From Schizochytrium sp. TIO01 (taxonomy: Eukaryota; Protista; Bigyra: Labyrinthulomycetes): a stretch of 64,000 nucleotides of DNA. Of the stretch, positions 53,701 through 64,000 are shown one piece after another. The notes under the pieces were generated by a model. That model was not told the origin of the DNA and searched no databases. It worked only from the letters and a program-made list of their open reading frames with translations. The translations under genes were made by a program, and so were the position numbers. The stretch covers positions 863,648 through 927,647 of the forward strand of contig SMSO01000014.1 in NCBI GenBank assembly GCA_004764695.1, in the 5' to 3' direction. Each line of letters starts with the position of its first letter. Within the stretch, counting starts at the first letter, position 1.

Positions 53701-56700
53701 CCTGATCATCGTTCATTTCATCGTCACCTTCGTGATTCATCCAATAAAGATCATGCAGAGAATCAAAGTTAGGAACCGAGTGATAGGCAAAATCCTCAAA
53801 ATGAGGCTTCTGCTTTTCAGGCGGTATTTGTGTACGTTCATCACAGAAGCCGGGTCCAGAAGTCTCCTCACTTAGTTCATGGCCTTCTTGTGCGTGCCGC
53901 GCCGCACATGGTTCACAGATTTCAAGCTCACAAGTTTTGCACATATAATACACCTGAGGACGCGGGAAGGCTTCGCTCAAAAGGTATGTGCAGCTGTTGG
54001 CATCCCCAACGTCCGCAATGCTTGCAAGGGTAGTGATCCAATTTTGTTGTCGAGCATCCCACTCTGGGTAGCAAGCCGAAGAGCTTAGAGCAAAGTTGAG
54101 TTGTACCATCGCCTGAGCAAGTTCCCAGGCTTGGTTCGTATGGATCTTTCGGAACCACTCTGTTGAGCGTTCTCTCCACCACGATTGGAAAGCCATTGGC
54201 AACAGAGATCCAACCAATACTTTGAGACCAAAGGCAACTTCAGCAACAGAATCCATACCCTGATCAAGCATACTTGCCCACATGTGACGAGCTTCCCGAT
54301 CCCACCAAGAGTCTTGCACTTCACTCCTTAAGCATTCCTCAAGGCTACGAAGACACAAGCGCAGAAGTTTTCCATCTGAGCATGTCCGATAAGCCTCTTG
54401 AATGAATGGAAAGGGGATAGCACGGGCACGGTTGCTGATGCAGTCAATGACATCAGCAGTTTGACAGACAACGTCAAACCACGTGCGATCCGCGGCTCCA
54501 ATCTTCCAGACATCAGCGAAGGGACGTAGCGCGTTGCAAGCCTCGGGGCCTCGGAGGCTACATCCGCATGGCGCCGTTGTTGTGCGCTCATTCCGTAGCA
54601 TATGCCCAGCATGGCAAGTAGCAGCGCATGCAAGGCATACCGCATCGGGTCCAACGAGGCGGCAGGTTTCGCAGTCAACCACCATCTTAGAGTTTTCGCG
54701 GCACCCAAACACAACTAGAGTGCATAGAGGGGCCTTGGCAGGCTTTCTTGAAGACTGTGCGTGATATTGAGCCCGAGCTCGCAAGTGCCTCGCGTGCACA
54801 TCTTCCTCTCTGGGTGCTAGCTCGGGAGAAACACATCTGGCGAGCCCTTCGCCTTGCAGGTTGCCATCAACTTGATGTTCATGATGACCATGAGAGCAGT
54901 GGGAGCATTGATGGGAGCCTTGCGCTTGTGCTGAGCTGGTATGCAATTGTGTTAAATCACCTGTGGATCCGGAAATGACCGGCACATTGAGGAAACCATC
55001 AGGACCACCAGCTTGCAATTCTGGGTTCAGAAAAACATTTGGTTTGGTGTTTCTATCAAACGTCCCAGCAGAGTCAAGGGCATAGTGAGGTGCCCTACCA
55101 AGAGCTGGGGCACTTGCCGTGGCCGGATCTTGAAGTGCCCATAGCTGGCGGCAAAGAACAAGAAGCTCCAATAGACATACGAAATATGGCGATACTGAAG
55201 TGAAACCATCTTCTGCAACTTCATCAAATAATAAGAGAAGATCATGGTGTAACTTGTACAACCCCTTCCGCATGATCGAGTCCCAAGAGCTCACAGGGTG
55301 GTCTTCTTTTGCGTCCATACGGGCTTTAACAAGCAAGGTAAGAACCTCGCAAAGCTCAGGTTTAAAGGCGAGGTGTTGCGTGCGAAGGTAGCTCACAGCG
55401 GTTTGGAAGAAAGGTGTACCACATTTACTACGCTCAAGTACACGATCGGGGTTCTCAGCAATAACTTGTAATAGTCGCCAACCAAATGGTCTTTCTAAAA
55501 CTTCCATTTCATCTGCATTTGCTACATCTTCAAGGCTGCGTACTCGTACTGCTACACCCCAAGCAACCTCATCAATATCAACATTTAGCTCCTCGAGACG
55601 TTGCAACGACCCAAGAATATCAGAATGGTTTACATTCCAGTGAATATAACATGTATCTCCACTCACAACAACTGGCTGCCAAGTGTCAGCTCCACCTTCC
55701 CCTAATACAGTAATTACCTCGCGGTCCTGTGGGTCATATGAGAGGGTAACCTGTGTAGCATCGGAAATAACAGAGCTACGCCGATCAAATTCGACTAGAA
55801 GCCCTGATGCGCCGCGAATGCAAAATCGATGGCTTCCGGATAGGCGGCGTGAACGCAACGGAGGTGGGGGGGGTAGAGGCCCGGGCGGAAGTCCTCCATC
55901 AGACTCATCAGAAGGCTGGGGAGACCCTGCAAGCCCAGATGAATGGTAAGATCCCACACCCGTACCAACACTTGTTGGTGGCCGCATGTCATCCGAGGCA
56001 GCAGATGTTGACCGACCCATGAGTGAACCATGGTGGTTTCGAGGTGAAGTTGGCGGACTCGCCATTTCGCTCTGGTGAACCGCAGAAGATGCTCGGCTCA
56101 GGCCGTCTTCAGACCCGTTAAAGCTTGTCATGTCCTCATCGGAAGCAATACTTTCTTCAGAAGCACCGACATCGAGCTCTTCAATAGGACATAATGGATG
56201 CGGCGTCTCGAAAAAGAGTGTGTTTTTCGCCATAATTGACAAGTACAAAATTGCTTCATCCAAAAGCATGTCTGCAAAGGAATCATTTGTGCGAAACAGC
56301 ATCGCTACAACACGCCACAAACCTGACGCAACTCCACCCGAATCACTCATGCTTGCAATGGCTGCTGTTGGAGCAGTGTCATTAAGCATGCCTGCATTTA
56401 AAGGTTGTTGGGGTACATCTGATGATGCTGAACTTTCACAAAGTTTAAGCATACCAAGAATTTGGGAAGCGCCTCCCGCTTCACCTAGCAGCAACTGCAT
56501 CTGTTCGGTGCTGTTTGCTGATCCAACTGAACCAGAAATAGCGGCTACGGCACCTCGCCGTGCATTGAGAATCGCACTACGTGTGAACAGCTGACACAGC
56601 TCATTAGATAATCGACGCTTCACGTTCTCAGTCCCAGATTCATATCCTGTTTCTGAAGTCCAATTGGACAAACCCCGCAAGGAGTCAGAGCTATCACAGC

Positions 56701-59700
56701 CAGCACTATACTGTGAATTAGCTTGCATGTTCCCATTGGCTCGATACCTCCCATCCTGAGGGGAAAGGCGGTACCTATCAGTGATAATATCTTCACTAAG
56801 CTCAAGATCAGCAATAGCACGCCAACTCGTTGTTTGCATTCCAGTCAAAGAATTACAAATATGTACCAAGGCAAGCTCGTGGCCATTTGGCGCTTGTTGT
56901 ACCCTTTTCACCACACCAGTCTCATGCTGAGAAATTCTTAAAAGCGTTCCTTCCCGAACAACAGCGCGCATAGATTGCTCATGTAATTCAGCTGCGCTCA
57001 TGCTATTCTGGGACATGGATGACACTGGCACTGACAGCATTGTGTCTACTGTTGGAAGTTCCACAGGAAGCGGCAAAGCCGCAGCATCGCGGCCTCGAGG
57101 TGTGTCTGGCAGACAAAACGGTGCAGGGCCCACCTCATCTTGGATATTCACATTAAGCCCATGATGCAAGTCTCCAATATAGCGGCTGCTTTCCTGAGTT
57201 TGAAGATCTCCAATTTGGTGACTCGCCGATGAAGAAAGAGTTCGAAGACGACGCGCCGCTCTTCGTTTACGCTCCATCCGGGCCCTTCGACGATTTCGTT
57301 CGACTTGTAACTCAAAGGCATAATTGGTCTGATCCTCACGATCCATCTCGCGAAATGGTGTTTGAAGTACCGCGGACGCTGAGCTCTCGAACTTAACAGT
57401 TTTCCTAACTACACTTGAACTCCGACGACGACGGGGCTGGCCAGAAGATGTGCTCCCCGCGCCACTGGAAAGACGTCGCTCTCGACGCTGCACTGTTGTT
57501 GAACTACTTCTACGCATTGTTCGGGTTGACCTGTTGTTTCCAAGAACCACCCCGAGCGACCTTTCGTTTCCATTTCCATTCATTTCATCGGGTTCCATAG
57601 TTGAATCGGCTGGTGAGGGCGCCGCGTTGTCCTCCTCTTGATGGTGGGTGTCCTCTTTAGGGATATCTAAGGTGTCGAAATTTGATGCAGTAGACAATAA
57701 AGAAGTGCTGGATGAGGGAGGTTGAACAAGTGCTTCTGTTGGTACATTCGCCGAGCCCTCGTCTGCATCTTCGGGCACTGGGGACGGTGAAGAGGACTCA
57801 TTGTCTGTGATGGAAGTATGCCGCGTTGAAGCTTCGCTTTCAGACTCAGCAATATCTGATGCAAACATTTGTGTGCTTGCCTGTCTCGCTAGAGCAGCGC
57901 GACGACTCGGTGCTAGCACAGGCTCTGCTAAAAGGGACTTTTGGCCTTGCACAGGCGAGGCTTGGATAGCACGCCCTCTCATCGGTTTGACAGGAGTGAC
58001 CTCAGCAGGTCTTGCACTTTCAAGAGCAGAGGAGTATGGTTCTGAATTAGACTCCTGTGACAATTGCTTCAACGAGCTATCGACCGATGCAGAGGCATCC
58101 TCATCTTTTTCATCTTCAGCAGTATTAGCTAAAGACATCATTGAATTGCTTGATGAAGAGCCAAGAATATTTTCTTGTTTTTGTAGGCTAGATTTAGCCA
58201 AACCTTTGTGCTTTTCAGCGACAGTACGGGCTCGGGCTGCACGATCATTCATGACATCCATGGGGGATACTGCAAGTTCGCCTAGAACAGTTTTTATGTC
58301 ATGCATGGCTTGGCCTGTTGAGGTTATATCATCAACACTTTCCAGATTTGACCTTGGAGCTGGACAAGCGCAAATAGAAACCAGGTTACGCCACACCTGT
58401 GTACCCGATGATGCGATAGTGCTGATTGCATGTGTGGCATCTGTTGACAGCCACGCGTGAAGTACACTCATGCTCATTGATTTGAGCTCATTCCAGACCA
58501 AATCTTTTTGTAAAGATGCACTCCAGAAGCGTGTTGTAAAGAGCTCGATGCTTCGCAGGAGCCATTGGCTATCTCTCAATGACGCAAATAAATCCTGGAA
58601 CTCTTCTACAAGAATTGTCACTGGAATTACTTTGTCGGCGTCACATTTGACAGGAATCTTATATGTGTCTGAATCTAGGATAACCATACACGAAGAAGAT
58701 GACTCAAATGGGGAATGACTCGTGAAACTTGTGCGACTTTCCATGCCATTTCCAGATATGTGTTCGCCGGCACGCCCCACGTTAGCCAAGCGACGCGACG
58801 AACGAATAACGATACCATATTCTTGGTTTGGTTTAGAATCACTCCACCCTGATAGGCCAGAAGCATCTGTCACAACCTTTACTCGGCAGCCTGGGCGGAG
58901 TGTGGAAGGCGAAGACATATCAAGCACTGCCAGGGTAGTCCAAAACGCAAATAAAGTGTCCGGTGGGCAATCTGGAGCCTTGTCGAGATATTCTAAAGCA
59001 GCTTCAGATGCCGCCTGAATGATTGCTGGGCGCCAAGTATACTCTCCTTTTACAGCCAAATTACGAAGCATTTCTGCACATTCTAATGCAAGATCAGCAG
59101 AAAGTGACGAGGGCGACTGCTCCTTTAAAGAGAGAGCCCACTTTCCTGCTACTCGGAACAGGAAGGGGGTCATGAAAGATGCATCACAGTATAGCAAGAG
59201 ACGCCAACCCAGGCGGATTGTCAACTGCTGCACACGAGGCGAAGAGCATGTGATTAAGGAAAAAATTAGATGCGAATGCGTACGTGAATCTCTCTCGGTA
59301 TTAGTTGAAGTGACTACCTTTGAAACGTCATCTGAAGAATACTGCCCGATAAGCTTGGCAAACATTCGCATAATGCGTCTATTGCAACACAAGCTTCCTA
59401 AAAGACACACAAATCCATGGCAGAGACGCTCTGCACGCTCGTATTTGGGGTCAAGAGGGTCTTGCATGGCGGCAACTTGATTCTTGATTCCTGTATAAAC
59501 AGTCATAGCTACCAGACACTGCAGACCATCAAAATCATCTTGCCAATCTGCACTTGGTTTAGAATCTTCCTCAAAAGACTCATCTTCAAAGTCATCACAC
59601 AAGTTCATTTGTGAGATTGAAGATGTTCCTGTGCGTCCCGTTGAGGGCATATCAAGCCACGGAGAGAAAAAAACTTGAAGAGCAACTCGCGTGAAAACCG

Positions 59701-62700
59701 ACCAAACACAACCTTGAAGATATTGGTCATCAGTATACTCGTTAACACGTTCCATGAGCGCGATCAGTCGTTGTACAACGCGTAGATCTTGGACTTCTTC
59801 ATGATCACATTCGCGAATAGAAATAATTTGCAACACTTCTAACACTTGCTCAATTTCCTCAGATGATTCGCTACGTTCTGCGACGGTTAGCAGCATATCC
59901 AAAATATCCATGGATGCGTGTTGAATTGCTTCAGCATGATCTGTTGGCATCTGATAATCTAATGGGTGGTGCCCAGCAACGCCAGTAGGTCTTGTCATGG
60001 AGCCAAATATGTCCCGAACTGCCGCAAGTACGGCATCCATAGCAGCCTGAGGAGCCCCCATCGCAGGAATCGGATCAGAAATCTGCTCTAAACTCTCTTG
60101 CTTTTGAGCCCGCCCTAATCCACGAGCCGTAGTAGCACGGAATGCAGAAGCACGATCAACTTCCCGAGCTGAGTTATCCGCTCGGGAAGTTGATGCAGAA
60201 GATGACGAGGTTTGCAAACGAAGTACCGTTCGAAAAACGCTTTGCACTGAGTCCAGGGCAGAAAGCCGGAACCGGCTGTACCGGAACTTTGCTTTAAGGT
60301 AGAGTTCTAAACTATCGGGTTTGATACCATCCGAAGCAGATGACTCTACAAAGTATTGAGCATGCTTAAGAATAGGCGCAAAATCAAATTTTGTCAAACG
60401 ACCACGCTCAGAAAAGTCCGAAGACCGGTTGGAAAGGCCGGAAATTCTCCCACGATTATCTCGTCCTGCAGCATTATCATCTTCATTCTGCTCATCATCA
60501 GACTCAGAGGTTTGCGACATGCTGATGCTAAGTATGGCCATTGCACGAGCATCTGCGTGCTGATTAAGTAAAATGCGGGCCCGGGCTGCCACATCAGCAC
60601 AAATCTCCTGGTACGTCTGCGACTCGACTACTTGGTGACTCTCACTAATATGACCTACCTCACATCGCCAACCACCATCATCCTCAGCAACAGCAGCGTG
60701 TGTACAACCTTCATGGCCACATACAAAGCGCTGATTGTCACGATGAACACTAATAATTGTATGTGTAACATTCCAAGCGGCTTTCCAAATATCCACAACA
60801 GGTCGTGGAAGTAAGTTGATCTTAGCAGTTTGTTGGGGAGAATCGAGAGATGCTAAACCGTATGCAGCCTCATAAGCATAGACGGCGAGTCCCGTGTGCT
60901 TTAGATAAGCTGCCGCGCTAATGCGAACAACATCTTCCAGCACGGAGGGTTTACCGCGAGACTGCAACGTCATAGCACGCATCTCAATGCGTGAGCTGAT
61001 TAATGCATGCAGAGCTTGAGCATCTGATTGGTGAACCGGCTGTGCTGGTGTTCGTGCAAGGTCTTGCAAAAATACCTCCACAGGTTCCTGATCAGCACTT
61101 GCAGGTTGCGCCGGTCGTGAAAAAAGTCTGCCTCGAAGCAGACCTTCCATTTGCTCGTTGATGGCGCCGACTTCGTCAACAGCATTCATGCGGCCACGTG
61201 CAAATGCGCACAACAGACGTGTGACTGTTGTCCGGATATAGGCAGGCGTATAGGGCGCTTGGAGAAGGTCAAGCAAAGAGCCATGCAATTTATCAGCTCC
61301 TTCCTGCCAATCCTGCAGAGATGAAAGACGTTCAGCAAGCTCACAGACCACATCCTCGATCAAACAGCGAGTTTCTCGAACCTGGTTCTCATCATATTTT
61401 CCATCAACGTGCCGGCGTTCGTGTGAACATCTTTCGAGACAAGCAGCGAAAAGCATGTTGCAGTGATTCAAAAGAACCTTTTCAACCTTGTCCGAGCCTG
61501 AGGGAGTTAAAGGCGGGCCGAGACGCTCATTGCGTTCCCGCCTAGCTTTCAGTATGACAAGGAGTCGTGAAATCAAATCATCTTGCAAACAACGCAAGAC
61601 CACCGCACTATATACATCGTCATTGTCTACCACCGCATCAAGAAGTACTTCGAGGAGTTTCACAGGTGACCTATTGGAACTACTCACTGGACTGTCACGA
61701 TTGGAACTTGCCTTTGAGAGCTCCCACAAGGAGAGGTCATCAGTAAGATATCCGCTCCGGCTCAGCTCTTCAGCAACCATCAGCGCGTCCTCTTGCAGTT
61801 CAGGTTTCAGATTCTTGTGTTGAGATTCATCACTCACAGCAAGGCCATGCATACCCCTTGTTACAATAGCCCGGTTGTCCTGCATCCATTCAGAAACACG
61901 TGATGGTATCTTTCCTTGCCACAAATTTGTTGTACTAGCACAAATGGCTGCCTCCACATCCTCCACAGGTACAGGCTTTCGATCCCGCGGCGTACTTCCA
62001 GGGCTCGGAAGACTATCAGATGCCCTCAAGGCGGATGTGGAAGTCTGAATATCAAGATAGCTTGGATCTTCAACTGCTGAGCCCACAGTAGCTCTGCGTT
62101 CAGCTTGGGTACGGCCAGCGGCCATGAAAGCTTTAGCAGCTCGTTGAATGGTCAAAAGTGCCTGGGATCGACGTTTTAAAAGGGTACTGTTTGTACCAGA
62201 ATTATGTTCCCCCAAAACTGAACGGACGCGTACACGATTGGACATGGATTCACGACGCTGCGAGCTAGACATGCGCGGGTGTTTCAAAGTACTCTGAGCA
62301 TTTGAGGAACGTAAATCCATGTCTTCAAAGTTAGATGCATTACGGCGCAAAAGGTCATTACTTCCATGACGACGGTTAAAGCTTGGCACCATGCCTCGCT
62401 GCATATCGATGACACCAAGAACACGTGCAAGGCGACGACGAGCAGCACCAACTTCTCCAGAGGGACGAGGACAATCTGCTCCTTCGCATACTAGATAGGA
62501 AATTGCGCGTTGTTCTTGGAAGGCTTCAGAGATGTGTTGACGAAGAAGAGAGCGGCGTTTATCTCTGCTCGGTTTCCACAACCGGGCTAGAAATCTACTT
62601 TCGTCTTGACTAGATCTAAACAAGACACGGAGATTTTCTGCAAAAATTCGAGAAGCTAATGAAGCAGGACTTTCGTGTTCACTTTCATCTTCATCTTCTC

Positions 62701-64000
62701 CATCGCCATCGTCAATTTGGTCCTTTTCATCTCCGTTGGTGGCTTCGCGATCTTTCACATCTATTATACTTTGATCACGCCCATTTCCAGCGTTTAGGAG
62801 CTCTTCATTAGCACTTTGAGACGTGTTGCGTTCAAAAGTAGTCTGGTCCATCTCACCTCCATTTGCTGAGTTGGGTTCATAATTGTTGTTGTTCGTACCA
62901 AGCGCCACAGCAAGCAGCGCATCACCTAGTACAGCAAGAAGATCGCGTACTCTTGATGTTTCCAATCGGAGAGCTGCGATCGTGGCAAGGTGAGCTTGCA
63001 CAATTTCTAAAACTGCTTTTAATGCACGATGATAGAATTCACGCGAGTCATCGGAAGGTGAAAGGTGGGGTTCCAACTGCAACATGACTACCAACATCTG
63101 TGCTAGAGGCACAACTACATGGGCATCAACTTGCAAGCAATATGGCATTCGAAGGCGAGCGGATGAGAGACCTTGAGGTCCCGTGAGACGGGCAGAGTAC
63201 GCGGAGGCCATACTTCCTAGGTTCGACAATATGTGAAATGCAACATACGTAGTTTGATCCATCAATGAAATATGTGGTGCGAACTCCCAGCTACCTGATC
63301 CTTGCTGGCTCTGATCGCCAAAGTTTACCGCCATAGATATATGTCGTAAGCGGTAGAGTTGACTTTGGTCGAATGAGTCAGCATTAGATGACACTCGTTT
63401 TGATAAAACAGGATAAACAAGGTTAAACAGTCCAAGTAGAGTGCTTGGCATTGCTTGCTCTGCAGTGTTATCAGCCAGCCACGCTCCATCAGTGGTAGAT
63501 CCTAAGCTTATGTCTGAGGCTTGTTTTAAATTCGATGTATTTCTGCGGTGCCCATTTTTGGTTGCTTGAGCTCTGGGGGATAAATGACCCTGGGAAGAAG
63601 ACTCCTTGTCCTCATCATATGGCACAACTTCTTCCTCTGACTCACTGTTACCGTTCTCATAGGAATATTTGCGTCTACTATTTTACTTGAGTAGTTGGAG
63701 TCGCTATCGTCGTCCTCTTCCGAAGAGGACTCTTCCTCATCTTCTTCGGAATCACTATCTTGACCTTGGGTGTTGATAAGCATGGGTCTTGATAAAGAAT
63801 TCAAGGCTCGACGCCTGAGAAGATCTTTGTGTAGAGGTTCAAAATCTAACGACGCAGAAACACTTTGCATTCTCGGCCGATTAGACTTAAGACGGAGTGT
63901 CGCATCCCAGCGCTTCTCCATTAGTACCCACACAAGCTCTCGAGCAGTTGCACTATCCAGTGGAATATAGCAACCCACAGAAAGCATTTCCATTTGGCCA
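50771..64000 (-). CDS. Giant HECT E3 ubiquitin ligase (>4400 aa, 5'-partial) with two UBR-type zinc fingers and a PCMTD-like methyltransferase-fold domain; frameshift near 63681-63684
   Basis: HECT motifs FKVRFAGEGGQDLGGLYRD, FLRFVWGRER and LPQAHTCFMSLSLPNYSSKEILRKRL. ORF 63526-63993 joins the 4284-aa ORF if one A is added, and that frame is open to the window edge. Confidence 0.92.

Noticed and set aside
50852-63087. Many plus-strand ORFs within the HECT gene
   Set aside because: Antisense shadow frames with no independent motifs
1-64000. tRNA, rRNA, transposase/reverse transcriptase or endogenous viral genes
   Set aside because: No recognisable signatures by eye; tRNAscan-SE and profile searches were not run

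Overview
Eukaryotic nuclear DNA: gene-dense (about 15 genes in 64 kb), mostly intronless, with a few short GT-AG introns and AT-rich spacers. The style suggests a thraustochytrid/labyrinthulomycete stramenopile, which is an inference only. Genes from left to right: a possible 5' fragment running off the left edge; an LRR + NEL (IpaH/SspH-type E3 ligase-like) protein; a HET/TIR-like + TPR protein; an ARM-repeat non-RD TKL kinase; a type II membrane protein with 2 LamG-like domains and 3 unfamiliar Cys-bounded repeats; a NOL7/Utp16-like protein; a secreted or GPI-anchored plant-type LRR protein; a Dad1-like small ORF overlapping ADAT3; a Nei/Fpg glycosylase with SAP repeats; an F-box/ankyrin(/EF-hand) protein; a C2HC zinc-finger + CAP-Gly protein; a UBE2J1-like E2; a TPR + SGNH protein; a MAPR/cytochrome b5 + TPR protein; a degenerate Fe-ADH; and a giant 5'-partial HECT ligase with two UBR-type zinc fingers and a PCMTD-like domain. 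Five single-base reading-frame breaks split otherwise coherent genes, most likely as assembly indels. The strongest leads are the bacterial-effector-like LRR-NEL gene lacking its catalytic Cys, the UBR-PCMTD-HECT fusion, and the Dad1-like/ADAT3 overlap. All family assignments come from recognising motifs by eye; no searches were run.
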